DNA from: an uncultured delta proteobacterium
Lineage (GTDB): Bacteria > Myxococcota_A > Polyangia > Polyangiales > Polyangiaceae
Direction of reading: 5' to 3'
DNA length: 64,000 nucleotides
Assembly (NCBI GenBank): GCA_963841435.1
Contig: CAWJCS010000006.1
Coordinates: forward strand, 512,001 to 576,000
Below, piece by piece: positions 53,786-62,728 of this stretch. Under the pieces are notes generated by a model. It did no database searches. It saw only the letters and a program-made list of their open reading frames with translations, and was not told the origin of the DNA. The stretch's first letter is position 1. Each line of letters opens with the position of its first letter. A program made the translations under genes and the position numbers.

Positions 53786-55225
53786 TTAGCGTCGAACGGC
53801 GATCGGATTGCCGTTCGGGTCGCAAGGGAAGCTGATGTGCAGCTCGGCGCCGTCCTTGAAGGTTTCGCAAGCGGCGCCCTCGAGCGTCACGTTGTAGAGC
53901 GTCGTCATGTCGAGTGACCAGCCATTCGGATCCGAGTACGCTACGGGGCTGCCGCCGACCGAAACGGTGCCGAGCGAGGGATCGCCGGTCACCTTGGCGT
54001 CCATCTCGACGGTGCAGGAGATGACGTTGTTGAGCAGGCCCGTGAGCGTCGTGATGAGCGTCTGCGGGGCGTTGCCGGCGGTCGTGTCAACGGTGTAGGC
54101 GGTGCCGACGTTCGGCGCCGTCTCGACGTAGGTCGAGACGAGCGTGTTGTTGTTGCACTGCTCGTACTTGAATTTGCAGCCCGGGTCCGCGACGTCGGCG
54201 CAGCCGGGCGGCGCCTGCACCTCGGCCCCGACGCCGGCGTTCGCCAGGTCCTGCAGGTGGAGCAGGCCGCAGCGCGCCGTGGTGGAGCAGCCGGCGTTGG
54301 GGTTGACCACGATGTCACCGACACCGAGCACGTAGGTATCGATGCCCGCCGCGTGCGCGTCCTGCGCGGCCTTGATCGATAAGTCGTGCCCGCAGTTCGG
54401 ATCGAAATGCTCGCACGTGTCGGGATTGCCGTCGGTGACGAGCAGAATGTACTTCTTGCCGGGCGGGTCGCCCATGTAGGCCGTCAGGTCGGCCACGGCG
54501 GTGTCGATGGCGTAGTGCGTCGGCGTGTCCCACTTCGGATGCGAGGTCGGCCAGTCGATGGCGCCGTAGACCGCCTCGATGGCGTCGCGATTGGCGTACG
54601 CGGGGTCCACCTTGGCGAACTCCGCACACTCGGCGCTGGAGCTCGCCGTTCCCTTGTAGCTCTCGAAGCCGAAGCGCACCTTGTCTTGTAGGGCTTGCAG
54701 CACGCCCATGGTCGGATCCATCAGCGCGGTATGCAGGATGGGCCACGCCGCGGGCGTCGTTTCCCACATGCTCGAAGAGGTATCGACGACGAGCATCACC
54801 GTGGGCACCTGCGGCGTCGGCACGACGCTGAGCTCCTGACAGATGGTGGCCCCGCCGCTGCCGCCCGCGCCGCTCGCACCGCCGGCTCCGCCCGCCGCAC
54901 CGCCGTTGCCGCCCGCGCCGGAGACCGCGCCTGCACCCGCTGCGCTGCCGCCCGTTCCGGAGACGGCGCCCGCGCCAGCGTCACCGCCGCTCGAGCTTCC
55001 TGCCGCGGCGCTGCTGCCGCCCTGCCCCATGATGGTCCCACCCTGACCGTCGCCAGCGGTGGCTCCGGTACCGGTTCCGGAAGTCGCACCAGTGCTCGTT
55101 CCTCCCGTGGCCCCGCTGCCGACATCATCGGGTTGGGTGGTCGCGGGCTTGGACCCGCAGGCTACGAGGAGGGGCAGGGTGAAAGCGAAGGTCTGTCGCG
55201 CGCGCGCGGCGCGGTCCCACGTCAT
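53786..55225 (-). CDS. VWA-domain lipoprotein with Gly/Ala/Ser/Thr linker
   Basis: Lipobox LLVAC, MIDAS motif VVDTSSSM, DTPT, LLVTDGNP, Cys-rich C-terminus. Confidence 0.85.
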   Translation of the reverse strand: MTWDRAARARQTFAFTLPLLVACGSKPATTQPDDVGSGATGGTSTGATSGTGTGATAGDGQGGTIMGQGGSSAAAGSSSGGDAGAGAVSGTGGSAAGAGAVSGAGGNGGAAGGAGGASGAGGSGGATICQELSVVPTPQVPTVMLVVDTSSSMWETTPAAWPILHTALMDPTMGVLQALQDKVRFGFESYKGTASSSAECAEFAKVDPAYANRDAIEAVYGAIDWPTSHPKWDTPTHYAIDTAVADLTAYMGDPPGKKYILLVTDGNPDTCEHFDPNCGHDLSIKAAQDAHAAGIDTYVLGVGDIVVNPNAGCSTTARCGLLHLQDLANAGVGAEVQAPPGCADVADPGCKFKYEQCNNNTLVSTYVETAPNVGTAYTVDTTAGNAPQTLITTLTGLLNNVISCTVEMDAKVTGDPSLGTVSVGGSPVAYSDPNGWSLDMTTLYNVTLEGAACETFKDGAELHISFPCDPNGNPIAVRR

Positions 55226-55321
55226 GGCAGACCAGCATACCATTTCCCCTTCGCCTGTCCCGGTGCGCAGCCCACCTCCACACGAGGCCGACGCCGGTCG
55301 GGCGAAAGCTTCATGCTCCCT

Positions 55322-55358
55322 TCAGTCGATAGGCCGAGAGTGGCGTCAGTCGATAGGC
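55322..55358. repeat. Direct repeat TCAGTCGATAGGC x2 (24-bp period) between the divergent VWA genes
   Basis: Copies at 55322-55334 and 55346-55358; a partial copy CAGTCGAT at 55446-55453. Confidence 0.8.
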
Positions 55359-55558
55359 GGAGATGTGGGGCTGGCGCTTGGGTCTGACGCTGACGGTGTA
55401 CGGTTTTAGGGACCGCGGAAGTGGAGAGCGCCTGGCCGCCTTCGCCAGTCGATGACCTTCCTTCAGTGTGACGGCGGCGCGCGGCACGTCCGCGCCGCCG
55501 TCGCGTCCACCTGGCTGCCCGAGCCTGCTCGAAGATGGCGCGATGATATAGTCGGGGG

Positions 55559-57148
55559 ATGCCGTCGCTTCGTCTTCTCTTTGGGCTCGCTCTCCCGACT
55601 GCGGCCCTGCTGTCGTCGTTCGGGTGCAGTCCCTCGTCGGGCAAAGAGAGCAGCGGCGGCAACAACTTCGGCGCTTCAGGGGGCTCGGTCTCCGCGGGGG
55701 GCACGCCGGGCAGCGGCGGGGCAGGGATCCCCACGACGGGTGGCGTCGGCTCGGGCGGCCTGATGGTGACGGGTGGCGCGAGCGGCATGGGGGCCGGCGG
55801 CACCGGCGCGGTGCAGGAATGCGTGGGTGACAAGAGCACCGGCGAGCCCGTGCCGCTCGACGTGTACGTGATGCTCGACATCTCTGGCTCGATGCTCGAC
55901 GCGTCCGGAACCGGTACCAAGTGGGACGCCGTCAAGAGCGCCCTCGATCTGTTCTTCAATGATACGGGCTCCGCGGGCCTTTCCGTGGCGATTCAGTACT
56001 TTCCGCTGCGGCTGCCAGGAGTGCCGACCTCGTGCACGACCGACGCCGAATGCGGCGCCGGAGCGCCCTGCCTGCTCAACGTGTGCTCGCAGACGCCGGG
56101 CGCCCTGATCGGCTGCGACCCCGCCGTCGCCACGTTCTGCGACGATCCCATCCTCCGCGACGACGGCCCGTGCGACGCCGACATGACGTGCCACCTGAGC
56201 GGCGCCCCCTGCACCGATGCGACCTCCTGCCAGACGCGCGCGGGCAAGGTCGGCACCTGCGGGCAGCTCGGCGTGTGCGAGGACGACGCCACGTACTCGT
56301 GCCCCGCGGTCGGCGGGCCCGCCATGGCCGGCTGCGGCATGTGCCTGGCGGCGACGAGCTCCTTCTGCGTGCACGAGAACATCTGCGATCCGGCCTCGTA
56401 CCAGACGCCTGCCGTGGAATTCGGGGCGCTGCCCGGCGCAGCGGCGAGCCTGTCGTCGTCGATCGCTACGCAAGTGCCGCTCGGCGACACGCCGACGCGT
56501 CCCGCGCTACGCGGCGCGATCTCCCACGCGCGCGACTGGGCGGCGGCGAACGTCGGTCACTCGGTGGTCGTCGTGCTCGCGACGGATGGTTTCCCCACGG
56601 AGTGCACGGGCGGCACCTCGGCCTTCGGTGCCTCCGCCACCGCGCTCACGGACGTCGTCAACGTGGCGACCGAGGGGCTTGCCGGCGCGAGCCGCATTCA
56701 GACCTTCGTCATCGGCGTGTTCTCGAGCGACGAGGCGACGGCCCAGGCGAACCTCGACCAGATTGCCGTCGCGGGCGGCACGGAGCACGCCTACGTCATC
56801 GACACCTCCGGCAACGTGCAGCAGGGCTTCCTCGACGCCCTCAACGAGATCAGGGCGGCGCGTCTCGACTGCGAGTTCCAAATCCCGCAGCCGCCGAGCG
56901 GCAAGACGCTCAATTTCAACGAGGTAAACTTCCAGTACACGGACGCGAACCTGATGAGCACCTCGTACTATTACGTGGCCCCCGACGGCTGCACGGGTGC
57001 TCCCAACGAGTGGCACTACAACGTCGCGCCGGCCCCCGGCTCGACGCCGACGCGAATCATCGCTTGCCCCGCGACCTGCGACGCCCTAAAGACCGTCATC
57101 GGCGGCACGGTGCAGATCCAACTCGGGTGTACTACCGTGGTGCGCTGA
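55559..57148 (+). CDS. VWA-domain lipoprotein with a Cys-rich insertion
   Basis: Lipobox SSFGC, MLDISGSM, a Cys-rich insert of ~120 aa, GDTPT, VLATDGFP, C-terminal CPATC. Confidence 0.85.
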   Translation: MPSLRLLFGLALPTAALLSSFGCSPSSGKESSGGNNFGASGGSVSAGGTPGSGGAGIPTTGGVGSGGLMVTGGASGMGAGGTGAVQECVGDKSTGEPVPLDVYVMLDISGSMLDASGTGTKWDAVKSALDLFFNDTGSAGLSVAIQYFPLRLPGVPTSCTTDAECGAGAPCLLNVCSQTPGALIGCDPAVATFCDDPILRDDGPCDADMTCHLSGAPCTDATSCQTRAGKVGTCGQLGVCEDDATYSCPAVGGPAMAGCGMCLAATSSFCVHENICDPASYQTPAVEFGALPGAAASLSSSIATQVPLGDTPTRPALRGAISHARDWAAANVGHSVVVVLATDGFPTECTGGTSAFGASATALTDVVNVATEGLAGASRIQTFVIGVFSSDEATAQANLDQIAVAGGTEHAYVIDTSGNVQQGFLDALNEIRAARLDCEFQIPQPPSGKTLNFNEVNFQYTDANLMSTSYYYVAPDGCTGAPNEWHYNVAPAPGSTPTRIIACPATCDALKTVIGGTVQIQLGCTTVVR

Positions 57149-57183
57149 GGCGGCACCGGCCGCAACGAAACGATCCGTTTCAC

Positions 57184-57534
57184 GTGGCCAAACGCAAGCG
57201 CTACCTCTTCGTCTGCATCAATCGTCGCCCGGACGGTACGCCGAAGGGCTCGTGCGCTGCGCGGGGCTCCGTCGAGCTTCACACCCGGCTCAAAGATTTG
57301 CTCAAGGCGCGCGGTCTTGCCGAGACGGAAGTGCGCGCCTGCACGTCGAGCTGCCTCGACGTGTGCTGGGCGGGGCCGACGATCGCCGTCGAGCCCGATC
57401 ACTACTTTTACGGCCGCGTGCGCGACGCCGATCTCGAGCCCATCCTCGACGCGCTCGAGCGGGGCGAACGGGTCGAGCGTCTGGTCCTCGGGCCGGACGA
57501 TTTCGTGACCCCCAAGGAGCTCGCGCAGAAGTAG
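57184..57534 (+). CDS. Thioredoxin-like (2Fe-2S) ferredoxin
   Basis: LFVCINRR....KGSCAARGS...CTSSCLDVCWAGPTIAVEPD..FYG.V; GTG start at 57184. Confidence 0.88.
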   Translation: MAKRKRYLFVCINRRPDGTPKGSCAARGSVELHTRLKDLLKARGLAETEVRACTSSCLDVCWAGPTIAVEPDHYFYGRVRDADLEPILDALERGERVERLVLGPDDFVTPKELAQK

Positions 57535-57558
57535 CGATCCAGCTGGAATCCTGCTGGT

Positions 57559-57611
57559 TTGACAATTGGTCTTGGTCGATGTCATAATTTCGATCGTTGG
57601 ACATATTGTCT
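57559..57611 (+). promoter_or_regulatory. Sigma-70 promoter (TTGACA-N18-CATAAT, extended -10 TG) overlapped by two GACA-N3-TGTC-like sites
   Basis: TTGACA at 57559-57564 and CATAAT at 57583-57588; sites TGACAATTGGTCT at 57560-57572 and GGACATATTGTCT at 57599-57611. Confidence 0.6.
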
Positions 57612-59003
57612 TCATCTGCTGACGAAGCGTCACAGTCGGACCATCCCGTGGTGGGGGAGGGGCCCACGGTGCTCGTCGTCGACGACGAGGCCTCGAACCT
57701 CGCCTCGCTGCAGAAGATCTTCGAGCGCGAGCACATGCGCGTGCTCGTCGCCGACGGTGCGAAGGCGGCGCTCGATCTCGTGCGGCGCCATCGCGTCGAG
57801 GTCGTGCTCACGGATCTCATGATGCCTGGCGTGAGCGGCGTCGAGCTCTTGCGCGCCATCAAGGAAGTCGCGCCCGATACCGAGGTCGTGGTCATGACCG
57901 CGTACGGCACGGTCGAGACGGCGGTGCAGGCGATGCGCGAGGGCGCCTACGACTTCGTCGAGAAGCCGCTCAAGCGCATGACGATCGTGAAGAGCGTGAG
58001 GAAAGCCGCCGAGCGTCACTCGCTCGTCGTCGAGAACCGCTCGCTCCGCCAGGAGCTCAAGCTGCTCACTGCGCGCGAGATCATCGGCCAGAGCGCGGCG
58101 CTGCGTCGCGTGCTCGACGTCGCCACACAGGCGGCGCCGTCGAGCGCCACTTTGCTCGTTCTGGGTGAGAGCGGAACGGGCAAGGAGCTCCTGGCGCGCT
58201 ACGTCCACGGCAAGAGCTCGCGCGCCGCGGGGCCGTTCGTCGCCGTGAACTGTGCGGCCATCCCCGAGAGCATCCTCGAGGCCGAGTTGTTCGGTCACGA
58301 GCGTGGTGCCTTCACGGGGGCGGTCGGCCGGCGCGAGGGGCGCTTCGCGCGCGCCAAGGGTGGCACGCTGTTCCTCGACGAGATCGGCGAGCTGAGCCCG
58401 GCGGTTCAGGTGAAGATCCTGCGGGTGCTGCAGGAGGGCGAGTACGAGCCCGTGGGCGGGCACACCGTGAAGAGCGACGCGCGCATCATCGCCGCGACCA
58501 ACCGGGACCTCGGCGCCGAGGTCGAGGCGGGGCGCTTTCGCGAGGACCTCTACTACCGGCTGAACGTGATCGCCCTCACGGCGCCGCCGCTCCGCGACCG
58601 GCGCGAGGACGTGCCGCTCCTCGTCGATCATTTTCTCGGCGTGTACTGCAAGAAGAACGGCAGGCCGCGTCTCGCGGTCGCGCGCGAAGTCGTTTCGCGG
58701 CTCACCGACTATGGTTGGCCGGGCAACGTGCGCGAGCTCGAGAACGTCATCGAGCGCGCAGCCGTGCTCTGCCGCGGCGACGTGCTACGGCTCGAGGACC
58801 TGCCCGACGCGGTGGCGCAGGCGAGTGCCCCAGCGCCGGCCGCGCTGACATTTCCGATTGGCACGCCGCTCGACGAGGTCGAGATGCGCATGATCCGCGA
58901 GACCCTCAAACACACGCAGGGCGACAAGCCGCTGGCGGCGCAGCTCTTGCGCATCTCGGCGCGCACGATCTATCGAAAGCTCGGCGAGAGCGACGGGTCG
59001 TGA
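57597..59003 (+). CDS. Sigma-54-dependent response regulator (NtrC family: REC-AAA+-HTH)
   Basis: VLVVDDE, TDLMMP, GESGTGKE, ELFGHERGAFTGA, LFLDEIGE, FREDLYYRLNV, WPGNVRELEN, Fis-type HTH. Exact start uncertain (57597-57651). Confidence 0.95.
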   Translation: MDILSSSADEASQSDHPVVGEGPTVLVVDDEASNLASLQKIFEREHMRVLVADGAKAALDLVRRHRVEVVLTDLMMPGVSGVELLRAIKEVAPDTEVVVMTAYGTVETAVQAMREGAYDFVEKPLKRMTIVKSVRKAAERHSLVVENRSLRQELKLLTAREIIGQSAALRRVLDVATQAAPSSATLLVLGESGTGKELLARYVHGKSSRAAGPFVAVNCAAIPESILEAELFGHERGAFTGAVGRREGRFARAKGGTLFLDEIGELSPAVQVKILRVLQEGEYEPVGGHTVKSDARIIAATNRDLGAEVEAGRFREDLYYRLNVIALTAPPLRDRREDVPLLVDHFLGVYCKKNGRPRLAVAREVVSRLTDYGWPGNVRELENVIERAAVLCRGDVLRLEDLPDAVAQASAPAPAALTFPIGTPLDEVEMRMIRETLKHTQGDKPLAAQLLRISARTIYRKLGESDGS

Positions 59004-59051
59004 GACGATTTTCGGGGGCCGTGCACCGGCCCGCCGCCGGGCTGATCGAAC

Positions 59052-59105
59052 TGACAAACTGTCATGACCGGGCGTTCAGGGGGGGGTCCCTCGGTCAGCT
59101 TGTCG
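59052..59105. promoter_or_regulatory. Candidate enhancer (UAS) pair for the NtrC-family activator
   Basis: TGACAAACTGTCA at 59052-59064 has perfectly palindromic arms; degenerate copy GGTCAGCTTGTCG at 59093-59105; about 80-130 bp upstream of a sigma-54 promoter. Confidence 0.6.
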
Positions 59106-59181
59106 GATAACGCCGGGCCGCCAAGCGGCAGTGGGGGAGAAAGCGCTGGAATTTCTGAGGCTTGATGCGGTAGCTAGCGGC

Positions 59182-59197
59182 TGGCACGCGGCTCGCT
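59182..59197 (+). promoter_or_regulatory. Sigma-54 (-24/-12) promoter of the gsp operon
   Basis: TGGCACG-CGGC-TCGCT versus consensus TGGCACG-N4-TTGCW; GG at 59183-84 and GC at 59195-96 are correctly spaced. Confidence 0.75.
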
Positions 59198-59213
59198 TAC
59201 TCCGCTTGGACCC

Positions 59214-60197
59214 TTGTCTCTCGACCCCCTCATCCGGAAGTATTTCCCGGCGCTCATCGTGGCCCTGGTGGCGCTGGCCGCTTACTTTCAGGCGGGTGGC
59301 GCGACGCAGCTCATCGGCGCCGCGCTGATCGCGCCCGTGCCGAGCGCGAGCGCCGCCGTGCTCTCCCAGCACGCGGCAGCGAGCCGCCCCGAGCCTCGCT
59401 CGGCGCTGCCCATCATCGAGCGCAACCCCTTCGACTCCGTGACCGGCCCGCTCAACGCCAAGCCCATCGAAACACCCGTTCCGAAGCCCGAAGATCTCCA
59501 GACCCACGACCCGCTCGCGGCGGTGCCGTGCGAGGGCGTCGCGGCGTTCATCATCACCGAGTCGACGGACCCGCTCTGGTCCGTCGCGGCGCTCCAAGGC
59601 TCGGGCGAGCCGCGGCCGCGCATGCGGCGCGTCGGCGACGACGTTGCCGGCCAGACCGTCGAGTTCATCGGCTACAACCCCCTCGAAGACAGCCCCTCGG
59701 TCTGGCTCTCGGGGACCGGGAAGCTCTGCCAGGTGCTGCTGTTCCGCGCACAGCAGACGCCCGCGCCGGCCGCGCCGGCCGGAGCCCCTGCGGCCGAGGC
59801 TCCGCCGCCCCCGCCGCCGTCGCGCGGGGCCCCCCCCGTGCCGCCCGAGATTGCTTCGAAGATCCAGAAGCTCAGCGACACGGAGTTTCAGATCGATCGC
59901 ACCGTGGTCGACAACATTCTCGAGCGCCAGGCCGAGCTCATGAAGTCGGCGCGCATCGTTCCCGAGCAGAAGGACGGCAAGGTGGTCGGTGTCCGGCTCT
60001 TCGGCATCCGGCCCGACACGCTGCTCGGGGCGCTCGGGCTCCAGAACGGCGATCGCCTCGAGACCATCAACGGCTTCAACATGGCAAGCCCCGAGAAAGC
60101 GCTCGAGGCTTATGCGCGGCTTCGTACCGCGAGCAATCTGAACGTGAAGGTGAGCCGGCGTGGGCAGCCCGTCAGCATCGATTACCGGATCAAATGA
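59214..60197 (+). CDS. gspC: Type II secretion system protein C (with PDZ domain)
   Basis: N-terminal TM, ERNPFDS, C-terminal PDZ (GVRLFGIRPDTLLGALGLQNGDRLETINGF); directly upstream of gspD. Confidence 0.88.
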   Translation: MSLDPLIRKYFPALIVALVALAAYFQAGGATQLIGAALIAPVPSASAAVLSQHAAASRPEPRSALPIIERNPFDSVTGPLNAKPIETPVPKPEDLQTHDPLAAVPCEGVAAFIITESTDPLWSVAALQGSGEPRPRMRRVGDDVAGQTVEFIGYNPLEDSPSVWLSGTGKLCQVLLFRAQQTPAPAAPAGAPAAEAPPPPPPSRGAPPVPPEIASKIQKLSDTEFQIDRTVVDNILERQAELMKSARIVPEQKDGKVVGVRLFGIRPDTLLGALGLQNGDRLETINGFNMASPEKALEAYARLRTASNLNVKVSRRGQPVSIDYRIK

Positions 60198-62728
60198 GAC
60201 CCCCCATCGTCTTCCGTCGCGGCCTCGGCGCCGCTCTCTCGCTTGTCTTTTTCCTTCAGCCGGCGCTCGCCCAGACTCCGCCCAAGAAGGAAAAGCCGAA
60301 CCGGGTGCTCACGCGCCGCACGCGCGAGAAGCCCAAGAAGGCCAAGCCCGCCACGGTGGCGCCGCCGGCTACGCCCGCGCCTCCCGCCGCGGGTCTCGAT
60401 CGGGAGCCGCCCGGTGCGGCGGGCCCGCTGCCCACGACGATGGAGAAGATCGCCCAGGCGACGGACGTGCCGTACCGGCCCAAGCCCGGCGGTCACCTCG
60501 TGAAGTTCAACCTGCAGGACGCCGACCTCGCCGAGCTCGTCAACCACATCAGCGGTCTCACGGGGCGCCGCTTCATCTACGGCGCCAAGGTCCGGCAGAT
60601 CAAGGCGACCGTGGTCTCGCCCGAGCCGGTGACGCTCGAGGAGGCCTACCAGGCCTTCCTCTCGATCCTCGAGGCCAACGGGATGACCGTCGTGCCGCAC
60701 GGGCGGTTCCTCAAGATCATCGACAGTGGCGGCGTCGTGTCGCAGCCGACACCGATCGTTTCGCGCGGCGAGCCGATTCCCGACGCCGATCGCTTCATCA
60801 CGCGGCTGTACCGGCTCGAGAACGCCTCGCCCGACGAGCTCGTACCGATCCTCAGCAAGTTCAAGAGCAAGGATGGTGACATCACGCCCTACACGCCGGG
60901 GCGCCTGCTCATCATCACCGACACCGCGACGCAAGTGCGCCGCCTGATCCGCATCATCGAGGAAGTGGACATCGGCGGCGCCGGACAGCACATGTGGATC
61001 GAGCCCGTGCGTCACGGCGCGGCGGCCGACATGGCCAAGCGCATGAACGAGCTGTTCGAGATCGGCACGCCGGGCGCGCCGCCCGGCTCCCCTGGCGCCA
61101 AAGGGGGCTCCGGGCTCTCGCGCGTCGTGGCGGACGACGCGTCGAACTCGCTGATCGTCGTTGGCACGGAGGACTCGTACCTCCGCATGCTGGAGCTTTT
61201 GAATCGGCTCGACACACAGGGCACGGACGCGGGCCGCGTGCACGTCTTACCGCTGCAGCACGCCATCGCCGAGGAGCTGTCACAGACGCTCACGCAGATG
61301 CTCGCGGGCCAAGCGCCGAAGGGTCAGCCGGCGCCGGCCGGGACGGGCGGCGGCATGTTCGAGAGCGACGTGCGTGTCACGCCCGACAAGAGCACGAACT
61401 CGCTGCTCGTGACGTCGTCGGGCCGTGACTACGCAACGCTCCGGCTGGTCGTCGACAAGCTCGATCGGCCGCGGCGGCAGGTCTTCATCGAGGCCGTCAT
61501 CATGGATCTGGCCGTCTCCGACACGCTCGACATGGGTCTGTCCTCGCACGGTGGCTACAGCTTCGGCGGCGGGGCGAACGATCCGCTCCTGCTCACGGGT
61601 TTCAACGCCGCCCACTCGCTGGCGTTCCCCACCGATCCGAACCTGCTGCAGGGCTTTGCGGCGGGCGTCCGCGGCACGCCACTGCCGGGCACGCAGGATC
61701 TGCTCGGACCCGGCATCAGCATCCCGGCCTTCGGCGTCGTCTTGAACGCGCTCGCGACGAGCGGCAAATCGAACGTGCTCGCGACGCCGCACATCATCGC
61801 CACCGACAACGTCTCCGCCGAGATCAACATCGGCGAGAACATCCCCCTGCAGACCAACGTCGGCGCGTCGCCGCTCAGCGCGCTCGCGGGGGCGTCCGGC
61901 GCGAACCAGGCGCAGCTCGCCGCGGTGTCGCCGCTCATCGGTCTGAGCGGCGGATTCAATGCGCCTCGCCAGGACGTCGGCAACAAGATCAAGGTGACGC
62001 CGCACATCAACGAGTCGAACCAGGTAAGACTCGAGATCGAGCAGGAATCGAGCGCTCCGGGCGCCGCCGTCGGGCAGCTCGGCGCCGTGCCCATCACCAA
62101 GCGCACGGCCAACACCACCGTGGTCGTCGCCGACCAGCAGACGGTCGTGATCGGCGGCCTCATGCGCGACGAGTACGTGACTTCGCGCGAGAAGGTGCCA
62201 ATCCTCGGCGATTTGCCGGTGCTCGGTGCGCTCTTTCGCCACACGAGCACCACGAAGCGAAAAGCGAACCTGTTGCTCGTGCTGACCCCGCACGTGATCC
62301 GCGACCAGAGCGATCTGCGCCGCATCTTCGAGCGCAAGATGCAGGAGCGGCAGGAGTTCATCGATCGCTACTTCGTGTTCACCGATTCCGACTGGCAACC
62401 GCCGCACGACTGGACGCGGACGAACGGTCTCGTCGAGGACACGCGCCAGGCCTTCGCCGAGATCGAGGAGCAGACGCGCCTCGAGGACGAGAGCAAACCG
62501 CTCGAGGACACGGAGCGCGCGCCGAGCCAGCCCATCGAGCTGCCGAGCGCCGTGCGCGAAGGCTCGGGGCCGGCTCTCTCGCCGGCCAAGAAGGCAGCCC
62601 CGGCGCCTGCCAAGAAGAAGGCGGCGCCGAAGCGGCCGAGCAAGCGCAGCGGCAAGAAGAGCGAGCTCGAGTCGCCCATCATCATCAATCCCATCGCCCG
62701 TAGCGTGAACGTGGAGCGTCTCGAATGA
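60194..62728 (+). CDS. gspD: Type II secretion system secretin D
   Basis: N0 FNLQDADL, N-domain repeats, RRQVFIEAVIM, NVLATPHI, TVVIGGLM, KVPILGDLPVLGALFR. Confidence 0.95.
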   Translation: MRPPIVFRRGLGAALSLVFFLQPALAQTPPKKEKPNRVLTRRTREKPKKAKPATVAPPATPAPPAAGLDREPPGAAGPLPTTMEKIAQATDVPYRPKPGGHLVKFNLQDADLAELVNHISGLTGRRFIYGAKVRQIKATVVSPEPVTLEEAYQAFLSILEANGMTVVPHGRFLKIIDSGGVVSQPTPIVSRGEPIPDADRFITRLYRLENASPDELVPILSKFKSKDGDITPYTPGRLLIITDTATQVRRLIRIIEEVDIGGAGQHMWIEPVRHGAAADMAKRMNELFEIGTPGAPPGSPGAKGGSGLSRVVADDASNSLIVVGTEDSYLRMLELLNRLDTQGTDAGRVHVLPLQHAIAEELSQTLTQMLAGQAPKGQPAPAGTGGGMFESDVRVTPDKSTNSLLVTSSGRDYATLRLVVDKLDRPRRQVFIEAVIMDLAVSDTLDMGLSSHGGYSFGGGANDPLLLTGFNAAHSLAFPTDPNLLQGFAAGVRGTPLPGTQDLLGPGISIPAFGVVLNALATSGKSNVLATPHIIATDNVSAEINIGENIPLQTNVGASPLSALAGASGANQAQLAAVSPLIGLSGGFNAPRQDVGNKIKVTPHINESNQVRLEIEQESSAPGAAVGQLGAVPITKRTANTTVVVADQQTVVIGGLMRDEYVTSREKVPILGDLPVLGALFRHTSTTKRKANLLLVLTPHVIRDQSDLRRIFERKMQERQEFIDRYFVFTDSDWQPPHDWTRTNGLVEDTRQAFAEIEEQTRLEDESKPLEDTERAPSQPIELPSAVREGSGPALSPAKKAAPAPAKKKAAPKRPSKRSGKKSELESPIIINPIARSVNVERLE

